From Flavobacteriales bacterium (lineage in GTDB: Bacteria > Bacteroidota > Bacteroidia > Flavobacteriales_C > CBFIFL01), in NCBI GenBank assembly GCA_965661855.1, contig CBFIFL010000004.1, forward strand, positions 7,147 through 71,146: a stretch of 64,000 nucleotides of DNA. The letters run 5' to 3'. The notes beneath the pieces are model-generated. The model was not told the DNA's origin and searched no databases. It saw only the letters and a list, made by a program, of their open reading frames with translations. The stretch's first letter is position 1; each line of letters opens with the position of its first letter. The translations under genes and the position numbers were made by a program. This document shows positions 41,057-51,200 of this stretch, piece by piece.

Positions 41057-41485
41057 TACAAATATATTTCGAATGAAATAGGTGATGTATGTAGCTCCAA
41101 ATCCCCAAATTACAGAGCACCCTATCAAAATAGGAATAGGCCATTTACTTTTTGAATAGTATTTGGAAACCAATAGAGTTCCTAGTGGGACAGATATAAT
41201 TCCGATAGACATTGATAATCCGAACAGCCCAAATTTTTTCTTAATGTTGACCAGTTTTCGATTCTTCTTGAAGTTGGTCTTCTTATCCTTATTCTTCTTT
41301 GCTAGTTTGTTGAATATCATACTTCCAAGTAAATAGAAAGTAACCGAACCAACAATTCCTCCTATGGAGGACACCAATCCTATTTCCCATAGATCATATT
41401 CATTGATTAATACCAAGCCAATTGGTGTGGTCAACAACTTTACAGCACTCAACAATATCGAAACAAAAATTACCCAAACATCCAT
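41054..41485 (-). CDS. small 4-TM membrane protein ('small multi-drug export'-like, DUF-type)
   Basis: 143 aa. Four hydrophobic helices with a Lys-rich central loop (KKNKDKKTNFKKNRK). Confidence 0.4.
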   Translation of the reverse strand: MDVWVIFVSILLSAVKLLTTPIGLVLINEYDLWEIGLVSSIGGIVGSVTFYLLGSMIFNKLAKKNKDKKTNFKKNRKLVNIKKKFGLFGLSMSIGIISVPLGTLLVSKYYSKSKWPIPILIGCSVIWGFGATYITYFIRNIFV

Positions 41486-41670
41486 ACAGCAAAGATAGCC
41501 GGAATGTTTTTACAAACGCTCACTCAAAAAATAAAATAGGTTAAAATCGGGAAGTGCTTGATAATCAGGTGGTCTTGAGGCTAATATCCTTTTTTGAAAA
41601 AACTTGGTTTCTGTAGCTTATAGAGAACGAACATCTTTGGTCTATAATTATTAACCAAAACGATGAAAAA

Positions 41671-42030
41671 ATGAAAGCCACTGCTACAAGTATTCTTTAC
41701 GGAACAGTTACAGAGCAAATTGAATTAAAGTTTGATGACATTTTATACTGTCAAGCTGATAACAATTACACCAATGTATTTGTAAGGGGGTATAAAAGGC
41801 CTTTTTTATTTAGTAACACGCTTAAACTAGTTGAAAACTGTTTAGACAGAAGATTCTATCGAATCAATAGAAGCGTACTTATAAACCTAGAGTACATCTC
41901 TTTTTTAGATATAAACGATGATAAAGAGGTAAAACTAAAAAACGGGGAAGAGTTTAGTCTTGCCGTAAGAAGAAAGGTGAGCTTTAAAAGAATGATTAAA
42001 GCAGAAATGCCTGAACTTATGAAACTTTAA
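41671..42030 (+). CDS. stand-alone LytTR-domain DNA-binding protein (no receiver domain)
   Basis: LKFDDILYCQADNNYTNVFV...RFYRINRSVLINL is a LytTR signature. The 119-aa protein consists only of this domain. Confidence 0.7.
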   Translation: MKATATSILYGTVTEQIELKFDDILYCQADNNYTNVFVRGYKRPFLFSNTLKLVENCLDRRFYRINRSVLINLEYISFLDINDDKEVKLKNGEEFSLAVRRKVSFKRMIKAEMPELMKL

Positions 42031-43057
42031 ATCCCAACCAGTTTTCTACATTGGTAGACCAGATTGCTTGTTTTTCTTGTTCAGTGATAATACCCAGTTT
42101 AAATGCTTCGTCTGTTACTTGTCCAGGATAACAACCTTCAACAGATTCCATTTCTCCAAGTGGGTATGGATCATCTAATCCAGAAATTATTTGAGAACTA
42201 CCTACTCTGTTTTTTAATAATTGTAAAGTATATGGATCATGTACTAAGGTATCAAAAAATAAGTTTTTAGCACCAAGACTCTCTCGAGGGTCTTGTTTTC
42301 CCTTGAATAAATCAGGTCTACCTTTAAATCCCTGAACGCGTCTTCCAAAGTTTGCTTGTCCCAACATACACCCATGAGCAAAGGCTGTTCTAACCTTAGG
42401 GTATTTATTAGCTAAGTTATTTAAAGTGAAAAAATGTAATGTATCGGCAGTTTGAGCCATCATCCAAACCAAGTGAAACCTCCAGTTTTGATCCTTTAAT
42501 TTGATCATTTTGGGCCCATCGTATGGATGGATTTCAACAGCTAAACCATGTTCATTGGCCAACTCCCAAATTGGGAAGCAATCCTCATCAGCAACACTTG
42601 TCCATTCGTCATCCTTGTTTAAAAAATGAGTTGGTAGACAAAGCAGTTTTAAACCAAGTGTCTTTACACAACGCTCGATTTCCTTTAAAGCTTGGTCGAT
42701 GTGTAATGGTTGTACAACAAATCCTGTAGTGAATTTACTGCTATGTTCTGCTTGAACTTTAGCGTTAAAGTCATTTTGAAAATGAATACAATCTAAAGAG
42801 TCTTGTTCTGAGTAACCATTACAATACAGTTGAGAAAGGTTTAACATAACTGCATGGTCAATTTGATTAGATTCCATCCATTCTAACTTTTCCTTCAAGA
42901 AAAAGCTTGGGTCAGTGATGGGTCTAGACCAAGTTCCTTGTCTCATGAATTTTCTGTCTTCATCTATCCAGAAAAGCTTCTTATCCTTCATGAATTTTGG
43001 AATTTCATGCGGTTCAGGTAGTATATGTCCGTGTCCGTTAATCGTCAGCTTTTTCAT
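42017..43057 (-). CDS. amidohydrolase-2 (TIM-barrel metal-dependent hydrolase) family protein
   Basis: The N-terminal HxH-like pattern (INGHGHILP) and overall layout are consistent with PF04909-type amidohydrolases. The start is taken at the ATG at 43057. Confidence 0.45.
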   Translation of the reverse strand: MKKLTINGHGHILPEPHEIPKFMKDKKLFWIDEDRKFMRQGTWSRPITDPSFFLKEKLEWMESNQIDHAVMLNLSQLYCNGYSEQDSLDCIHFQNDFNAKVQAEHSSKFTTGFVVQPLHIDQALKEIERCVKTLGLKLLCLPTHFLNKDDEWTSVADEDCFPIWELANEHGLAVEIHPYDGPKMIKLKDQNWRFHLVWMMAQTADTLHFFTLNNLANKYPKVRTAFAHGCMLGQANFGRRVQGFKGRPDLFKGKQDPRESLGAKNLFFDTLVHDPYTLQLLKNRVGSSQIISGLDDPYPLGEMESVEGCYPGQVTDEAFKLGIITEQEKQAIWSTNVENWLGFKVS

Positions 43058-43245
43058 AATCACTCTTTGTAACAAGTTTAAATATTATGCATCGATAAAG
43101 CATGTTTTTATCAAAGAAATCTAGTATACCTAAGTCCTTCTCAATATTCTTAAATAAGCTTAAACTACGGCTTTAAAATTGTCAGTAAAGGCTTTAATGG
43201 TTATTTTAGCCGTATCAATAACATTGTATAATAATCAATTAGAAT

Positions 43246-44844
43246 ATGAAGAAGTTTTTATTTGGAAGTCTGATTCTTGGAGGGATTGCATTAACTGCGC
43301 AGGTTGATGAATCACATCCAGAGAACTGGTTTAATATGAACCCTGAGAATCACAGTGTAAACGGTGTTGGAACCGATAAAGCCTACAAAGAATTATTAGC
43401 TGGAAAGCAAGGTTCTGAAATTATCGTTGCTGTAATAGACGGTGGGGTTGATTACTTTCATGAAGATCTTAAGCGTGTAATGTGGGTTAATAAAGCAGAA
43501 ATTCCTGGAAATGGAATTGATGATGATAAGAACGGATACGTAGATGATATTCATGGTTGGAACTTTATTGGTGGAATGAAGGACGGTAAGCCAACTCATG
43601 TGGATGGGGATAACTTGGAGGTGACAAGAACATATGCAAGTTTATTACCTAAGTACGGAAGGTTTTCAAAGGAAAAAGAAGTAGCAAAGGATAATAGAGA
43701 AGAATATAAACTTTTCAAGAAGGCTGAAAAGTCTTTTAAAGAAAGCAGAGATAGAGCATTTGAAACAATGATTATTCTTACAGCTTCAAAAAAGAACTTA
43801 GATTCAAAAGCTGAAGACTTGAGAAAAGCTTTGAATGTTGAAGAAATTACTGCTGAATCAATAGAGGGTTTTGAGACAGAAGATGAGAAGTTAAAGCAAA
43901 TGGTTGCTAGCTATTCACGGCTGTTTAATTATATAGATTATATTAATTCTCAATTAAATTACTACTATAATCCTTTAATAGATACTAGAGAGATTGTTGG
44001 CGACGATTACACAGATTTCGAAAATAGAGATTACGGGAACAATGACATTAAAGGTCCTGATGCAAGTCATGGAACTCACGTTGCGGGTATTATTGCAGCA
44101 GATAGAACCAATGATATCGGGATGAACGGTATTGCAGACAACGTTAAAATAATGGGTATTAGAGTAGTACCTGGTGGAGATGAAAGAGATAAGGATATAG
44201 CGAACGGTGTTTATTATGCGGTAGACAACGGGGCTAAGATTATCAATATGAGTTTTGGTAAGAAGTATTCACCATATAAATCGTACGTGGATAAAGCGTT
44301 TAAATATGCTGAATCTAAAGGGGTTTTACTACTTGCTGCTGCTGGTAATAACGGGGAAAATCTGGAAGAAATTATTCACTACCCAACGGATAAAATGAAA
44401 GATGAAGAACACGTTTTCTCAACTTGGATGCAAATTGGTGCAAGTGATGTGGGTAAAACTAGAGATGAATTCACAGCATCATTTTCTAATTACGGAAATG
44501 AAACGGTAGATGTATTTGCTCCAGGAGTTCAAATCTATGCAACTTGGCCAGAAAATGAGTATAAATCAATTAGTGGTACTTCAATGGCAACTCCTGTTGT
44601 CTCTGGTGTTGCAGCGTTAATTTGGTCCTACTACCCGCATCTTACTGCTTTGCAGGTTAAAGAAATTATTTTAAAGTCTGCTATTGATCACGCTGATAAG
44701 AAGATTAACTTACCAGGATCAAATGGTCAAGACAAAAAAGGAAACCCAACGGTAAAGTATGTAAAGTTTTCTAAATTGTCTTCAACTGGAGGAATTGTAA
44801 ATGTTTACGAAGCTCTAAAGTTAGCTGAGACGTATAAAAAATAA
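43246..44844 (+). CDS. secreted subtilisin-like serine peptidase (S8)
   Basis: Signal peptide and the catalytic triad motifs VAVIDGGVD, HGTHVAGIIAA and GTSMATPVVSG. Confidence 0.85.
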   Translation: MKKFLFGSLILGGIALTAQVDESHPENWFNMNPENHSVNGVGTDKAYKELLAGKQGSEIIVAVIDGGVDYFHEDLKRVMWVNKAEIPGNGIDDDKNGYVDDIHGWNFIGGMKDGKPTHVDGDNLEVTRTYASLLPKYGRFSKEKEVAKDNREEYKLFKKAEKSFKESRDRAFETMIILTASKKNLDSKAEDLRKALNVEEITAESIEGFETEDEKLKQMVASYSRLFNYIDYINSQLNYYYNPLIDTREIVGDDYTDFENRDYGNNDIKGPDASHGTHVAGIIAADRTNDIGMNGIADNVKIMGIRVVPGGDERDKDIANGVYYAVDNGAKIINMSFGKKYSPYKSYVDKAFKYAESKGVLLLAAAGNNGENLEEIIHYPTDKMKDEEHVFSTWMQIGASDVGKTRDEFTASFSNYGNETVDVFAPGVQIYATWPENEYKSISGTSMATPVVSGVAALIWSYYPHLTALQVKEIILKSAIDHADKKINLPGSNGQDKKGNPTVKYVKFSKLSSTGGIVNVYEALKLAETYKK

Positions 44845-44864
44845 GCCATGTTTTAATTGGTTGA

Positions 44865-44894
44865 AAAGGGTCCTTTTAAAGGACCCTTTTTTTT
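44865..44894 (+). terminator. rho-independent terminator after the S8 peptidase gene (aaagggtcc-ttttaaa-ggacccttt + T8)
   Basis: 9-bp perfect stem. Confidence 0.75.
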
Positions 44895-44967
44895 GATTTA
44901 AACCTACTTAGCTGTTTATTATAAGCTTTTGTCAGAGAGTTTTTAATTAAGTTGTTATTTTTATAAT

Positions 44968-47900
44968 ATGAGTGGATTCAAGCTTCTTTTGAGTGTTTTG
45001 TTGGTTTTCCTGTCTTTGAGAGGAAGCCTTATAGCACAAAATATAAAGTTTGAACATATCACGGATAAAGATGGACTTCCTCAAAATGTGATTACTAGTA
45101 TCTACCAAGATTCATATGGCTTCATGTGGTTTGGAACGCAAAATGGTCTGGCGCGATATGATGGATATGAATTCAAGATTTTTCAGAATAAAAAAGGGGA
45201 TTCGACTTCTATCTCTAATAACTTAATTGAAGGTATTGTTCAAGATGCTTCAGGAACCCTTTGGATAGGTACCCTTGAAGGTGGTGTTAATAGTTATGAT
45301 TACATATCTGATAGCTTTAAATCTTACAAGCAAGGTGATAGTGGTCTAACGTCAAATGATATACTTTGCCTTGAAGTAGACGAAAAAGGAACTCTTTGGT
45401 TAGGAACATTAAAAGGAGGGTTGTGTATTTATGATCAAGAGAAAGATTCATTTAAGGAACTTAGAGTTCATGAAAAGCAAGACTTGAACACTGTTCATTC
45501 TATTTTATTCTCTGGAGACACTATTTATGCAGGAGGAGAGAAGTCTCATCTGTTTAAGATTGACCGAACGAACTTAGGAGTGAAAAAGTTTATTTACGGA
45601 GATCTACTTAAAAAAGCGTCATTCAAAAAATTAGTAAAAGGAAGGTTTCCTGGGATTTTATGGATTGGAACAAGAGGAGATGGTGTAGTTATTTTTAATG
45701 AAAATTCTGAAAGTTTTACTGGTCAATTAAGCAATTATGGAAAGGAACGAAATAACGCTCAAGGACTGGTAGGAGTTAGAAATACAATAAAAGATATAAT
45801 GGTCCATGATGACGGGAGTCTTTGGATTTGTACTGCTGAAGGTCTAAGTATTTTCAATCCATATAGAAGTACCTTTAGAAATATCGTTGAGTCCAATGAT
45901 GAAATGGGTCTTTCTGTTTCAAACATCAAGTGCATTTTTAAGGATAAGGCAGGATCGATATGGATTGGTACTGAGGGAGGTGGAATCAATGTGTTTCATG
46001 AAAATAACCTGAAATTTCAACACTTTAAAAGGGATCAGCAGCAAGAGAGATCACTAAAAAGCAATGTAATCTTTTCATTTTTAGAAGATCAGGATAGTTT
46101 ACTTTGGGTAGGTTCATATGAAGGTGGTATTACCATATATGATCGAGGACAAAATAAGACATCGTATTTCGAAGATTTTGGAGTTGAGTTGAATCATACA
46201 TCCGTTCTTGCCCTGAGTCAGGATAGCAGAGGCTATATCTGGATAGGTTATTATGGTGGTGGAATACAGGTGTTTGATAAGAAAAGAAGAAGATTTGTAG
46301 AAGACTTTAATGCTAAAGACGGAAAAAGTATTTCGAATAATTCCATTTTTGATTTTGAAGAAGTCAATGGTCAGGAAATGTGGATTTCAAGTTTTAAAGG
46401 AATTGATATCTATAATTACAAAACGAAAAAGTTCACACGTATTAATGAAAGTGATGGCTTAAGTAGAAACATTGTTACAGATCTTAAATTCGATAAGAAA
46501 AGAAGTTGCGTTTGGGTTTCGACTTTAAAAGGAGGCTTAAATCAGGTTAAAATTGTAGATGGAAAATATGAGGTGATTCAATACCCTAAGGAAGATGAGA
46601 CTGGCGGAATTTCAAGTAATAGGGTTAATTGTATTTACAACCATCCGAATGGAGATGTTTGGGTTGGAACAAGTAATGGTTTAAACCGATTAAGAAAAGG
46701 GAGTAAAAAGTTTGATCAGTTCTATAAAGAAGATGGTCTTCCTGATAGCTACGTTTACGGTATTGAGTCTGATTCTGAAAACAGATTATGGTTTTCAACT
46801 AATCATGGGATATCACGATTAACACCTTCTGATTCTATCACACCACTATCTTTTAAGAATTATGGAATTGATGATGGTTTACAAGCAAATGAGTTTAATC
46901 AAGGCGCTTTTTATCGTTCCAAAAAATCAGGAGAATTATTGTTTGGTGGAGTTAATGGATTCAATTCCTTTTTTCCTGAAGAGATTCATAGTAATCAGAA
47001 TATTCCAAGTGTATACTTAACATCCATAAAGTGTTTTGACAAGGCCATTGATTTAGATTCCAATGTAATTGTAAAGAAGAGCATTGTTTTGGATCATGAA
47101 CACAATTATTTGTCTTTTGATTTTGTTGGCTTGGATTATTTCTACCCAAGTAAAAACAGATATTCATTCAAGATGGAAGGCGTTGATAAGGATTGGCTTC
47201 CTTCTTCATCTAGAAGATATGCTTCCTATCCTAACTTACCAGGAGGTAATTATGTGTTTAGAGTAAGAGCCTCAAATTCTGATGGTATATGGAACAAGGA
47301 AGGTTCTGAAATTTATATTACTATTATTCCTCCTTTTTATGAAACAAACTGGTTTTATGCATTAGTCGTGATTTTCCTGATTTTATCGGTTTACATGGTT
47401 TACTACATAAGAACAAAACAAATTAAGCGAGAGAATAAAAGACTAGAAGAAACGGTTCAAAGCAGAACGGCGGAACTTGCAGAAAAGAATAAGGATATTA
47501 CTAGTTCTATCCAGTATGCACAGACGCTTCAAGAAGCTATTTTACCATCTCTGGATAAACTAAGCAAGAAGTTTCCGGATTCGTTCGTATTGTACAAGCC
47601 AAAAGATATTGTTTCGGGTGATTTTTATTGGTTTTCAGAGGTCGAAGGAATAAATGTTATTACTGCTGCAGATTGCACAGGACACGGAGTACCTGGAGCT
47701 TTCATGTCTATGTTAGGTGTGAATCAGTTTAACTCTATTGTTAAGCAGGGTGGTGAGTGGAGACCAAATATTGTTCTTCAGCAACTGCATGATAAGGTAG
47801 TGAGTGTATTGAACCAGAATAAGGATAAGGATCAAGTTAATGATGGAATGGACTTATCGCTGGTTGCAATCAATGAAAAAGAAGGTAAGATCTATTACGC

Positions 47901-48255
47901 TGGTGCGAACAATCCATTACTTGTATTAAGAAAAGGGAGTTCAGAGTTAGAGGTTTATAAAGCCGATAAGCAACCTATTGGAGGAGCAACAGAAGGTGAG
48001 TCTAGAAGTTTTACCATGAATGAAATTGATTTTACCAAAGGAGATCAAATCTTCTTGTTCAGTGATGGTTATCCTGATCAATTTGGTGGACCAAAGAACA
48101 AAAAGTTCATGATGAAGAGGTTTAAAAAGACCTTAGTTGAAACAAATCATTTGTCTAAAGTGGAACAAATGAAGTACCTAGACAGTACACTGAAGGAGTG
48201 GATGGGAGCAGAAGAGCAGGTAGATGATATTTTAGTCATCGGAATTACGCTATAG
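44968..48255 (+). CDS. membrane sensor with periplasmic two-component-regulator beta-propeller/Y_Y_Y domains and a cytoplasmic PP2C-type (SpoIIE) serine phosphatase
   Basis: Signal peptide, then about 12 propeller-like repeats (GTLWIGT..GG-type), one TM helix near residue 790, a coiled coil, and a C-terminal SpoIIE/PP2C domain (DCTGHGVPGAFMS...DGYPDQFGG). Confidence 0.75.
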   Translation: MSGFKLLLSVLLVFLSLRGSLIAQNIKFEHITDKDGLPQNVITSIYQDSYGFMWFGTQNGLARYDGYEFKIFQNKKGDSTSISNNLIEGIVQDASGTLWIGTLEGGVNSYDYISDSFKSYKQGDSGLTSNDILCLEVDEKGTLWLGTLKGGLCIYDQEKDSFKELRVHEKQDLNTVHSILFSGDTIYAGGEKSHLFKIDRTNLGVKKFIYGDLLKKASFKKLVKGRFPGILWIGTRGDGVVIFNENSESFTGQLSNYGKERNNAQGLVGVRNTIKDIMVHDDGSLWICTAEGLSIFNPYRSTFRNIVESNDEMGLSVSNIKCIFKDKAGSIWIGTEGGGINVFHENNLKFQHFKRDQQQERSLKSNVIFSFLEDQDSLLWVGSYEGGITIYDRGQNKTSYFEDFGVELNHTSVLALSQDSRGYIWIGYYGGGIQVFDKKRRRFVEDFNAKDGKSISNNSIFDFEEVNGQEMWISSFKGIDIYNYKTKKFTRINESDGLSRNIVTDLKFDKKRSCVWVSTLKGGLNQVKIVDGKYEVIQYPKEDETGGISSNRVNCIYNHPNGDVWVGTSNGLNRLRKGSKKFDQFYKEDGLPDSYVYGIESDSENRLWFSTNHGISRLTPSDSITPLSFKNYGIDDGLQANEFNQGAFYRSKKSGELLFGGVNGFNSFFPEEIHSNQNIPSVYLTSIKCFDKAIDLDSNVIVKKSIVLDHEHNYLSFDFVGLDYFYPSKNRYSFKMEGVDKDWLPSSSRRYASYPNLPGGNYVFRVRASNSDGIWNKEGSEIYITIIPPFYETNWFYALVVIFLILSVYMVYYIRTKQIKRENKRLEETVQSRTAELAEKNKDITSSIQYAQTLQEAILPSLDKLSKKFPDSFVLYKPKDIVSGDFYWFSEVEGINVITAADCTGHGVPGAFMSMLGVNQFNSIVKQGGEWRPNIVLQQLHDKVVSVLNQNKDKDQVNDGMDLSLVAINEKEGKIYYAGANNPLLVLRKGSSELEVYKADKQPIGGATEGESRSFTMNEIDFTKGDQIFLFSDGYPDQFGGPKNKKFMMKRFKKTLVETNHLSKVEQMKYLDSTLKEWMGAEEQVDDILVIGITL

Positions 48256-48265
48256 TAAGCTATAC

Positions 48266-51200
48266 ATGAAACCGTTTTTATTTTACTTATTTATTCTATT
48301 ATCTAGTACCCTTTCGTTCTCACAAAAAGGAAAGGATGGAGACTTAGTTGTTTCTAGTCAAATTCAAATCAATACATATACTTATTTAACTGATGATGCT
48401 ACAACTGGTGACAATTATATACTGGTGTCATCTAATCTTTTATCAGGATCATTTTTTTCTAATCCATTAACTGGAGGTGATTTGATATTTATATATCAAG
48501 CGCAAGGAGCGGATATGAAAACCGATAATGATGAAGGTTATGGGGAATTGGTGAATATAAATGGAGCAGGGTGTTATGATTTGGTTCAGGTATCTAGAGT
48601 TTCGGGTAGTGACTCTATTTTTTTAGATTGTCCAATCAGCCATGATTATTCTAGTTCTGGAAGCACTCAAATAGTGCGTGTTCCAAGGTTAAATTCACTG
48701 GAGATAGAAGTAGCAGGAGAGTTGACTTGTCAGGCTTGGAATGGACAAACAGGAGGAGCTATTCTTCTGGAAGTAAAATCCGAAATGATTGTAGATGGTT
48801 CCATAAATGCCGATGGTAAAGGATTTAGAGGAGGAGGAAAAGAAAATATATTATCTAATCGATCAGGTTTTGACTTCACGGGCACAAATTTAATTGGTGG
48901 AAGAAAGGGAGAGGGTGTAAGTAGCTATATTGATGAATATGGAAGAGGAGCTGCACTGAACGGAGGTGGAGGAGGAAATGCTTTGTCTGCAGGTGGTGGT
49001 GGTGGTGCTAGTATTACTGAATCACTTGATAGCTATTTTGGTTACGGATTAGCAAATAGTTTTATAACAGGAGCACAGGCTTGGCAATTAGAAAGTCAAG
49101 ATCTTGTTGGACTTCCTTCTATAGGTGGAGGGAGAGGTGGTTACGCTCAAGCTGAAAATGATCTAAACGCTTTGGTTGTGGGTCCGAATGATGTTAACTG
49201 GGGACTTGGAAACCGAAATAATTCAGGAGGGCTTGGAGGACGACCTTTAACATTTGATAGCGAAAGGATTTTCATGTCAGGTGGAGGAGGAGCTGGAGCA
49301 AATGAACAAGGAGATAGTGGCTCAGGAGGATCGGGCGGTGGATTAATCTATATTCAAAGTTTTGATGATGTTTCAGGTAGTGGACTGATAAGTGCAAATG
49401 GTGCGGATGGAGAAGATGCTGGTTTTGCAGCTGGAGGTGGTGGTGCTGGAGGTACGATTCTTATTAATTCGAGAGAGACCATTTCTGATATTCAAGTAGA
49501 GGCAATTGGTGGAAATGGTGGAAATCAAATTGGAAATTCAATTGCTTGCGGACCTGGAGGTGGTGGAACTGGAGGTTTGATTTGTCTTTCAAATGATGTT
49601 AGCAATAATGTGAATGGAGGAAATTCAGGAACAACAGACAGTGATTTGCTTTCAGAGTTTCCAGTTAACGGCTCTACAGATGGAAACGATGGTCTGATCA
49701 AAACGGATTTAACGAATTATCAAATAATAGGGGAAATAGATACCATTTGTAAAGGATCTAATATTATTCAAGTTGCACAGTTTGAAGGAAGTCTACCGCC
49801 AGGTAGTAATATCGAATGGTATGATGCTCCATTTGGAGGTAATTTGATTCAAGTAGGAAACTCCATTTCTATTCAAAATATTCAGAATGATACTACCGTT
49901 TATTTATCTGTTTGTCCTTCTTCGTATAGAGAATCATATGGTTTTTATGTTGATCGAGATGCTCTAGCAGAAGCCGGGAACGATACATTAACTTGTCCGA
50001 ATACAAGTCTTCAACTGTCGGGTTCAGGAGGGATTCAGTTTACTTGGGAACCGGCAGAGTTTTTAGACAATGCGAGTATTAGTAATCCAAATGTGAGCAT
50101 TAGTTCTTCTCAAATGTTTTATTTGGAAATAGTTGCTGAAAATGGCTGTTCGGATAGAGATTCTGTTTTCGTTGATTATGTAGATGAATTAGATTTAACA
50201 ACAAACGGATCCGCAACAATTTGTTATGGAGAAGAACATATTTTATCCGTTCAGGGAGCAAATAATTACACTTGGTCAGGAAGTCAAATTATATCAAATC
50301 AAAATGATTCGATTTGGGTAAAACCTTTGTTGGATACAATATATCACGTGGTAGGAACTAATAATGCCGGTTGTATTGGTTACGATTCCATTTCAGTTAA
50401 TGTACATGATGAGATTATTTATAATTTAACTAATGATACAACCATCTGTGATAACAACTGTATCACACTTTCAGTAAGTATGCCCAACGCTGGTTTTGGG
50501 GAGTTCAGGCAAATATGGAATGATAATGTTTTTACCAGTGGCTTATTAGATTGTATTGATCAGGATACCACTCATTATATTGAGATTCAAAATAATTTTA
50601 CGGGATGTGTTATAGAAGATTCGACAGTCATTCTTCTATCTCAAATCAATCATTTATACACCAGTCAAGATTTATGCTTGGGATCTGTTATTCAATTGCA
50701 AGATGCTTCACAAAGTGCGAGTGGAAGTATTACTTCAATCCTTTGGGATTTTGATAATGGAGAAAGTCAAATTGGATTGAATTTCAATTATACTTTTCCA
50801 GATACAGGTTACTATGCATTCCAAGTTTTAATGGAAGACACTTTTGACTGTGATTTTACTTTTACCGACTCCATATATATTTACCCTTCGCCAGAAGGAG
50901 AGATATTAACTTCAGATCTCACTATGTGTCAATCAGATTCTATCTTACTCTGGAATTCAAATTTTGACTTAGACAGCGTTTCTTGGTGGTCTAACGGATT
51001 AAAGATAGGAGACAGTGATAGTTTATTCTTTAATGAAACAACGGAAGGGACTTATGACATAACATCCTTTATCTGGGATAATGCTTGTTTGGATACCGTT
51101 GAGCTAAACAGTCCTGTAGTCATAAATCCAAGAACTATAGCAGACTTCTCCATTGCTCAGGGGAACGATACAATTCGACCACTAGAAATAATTGAAGTGA

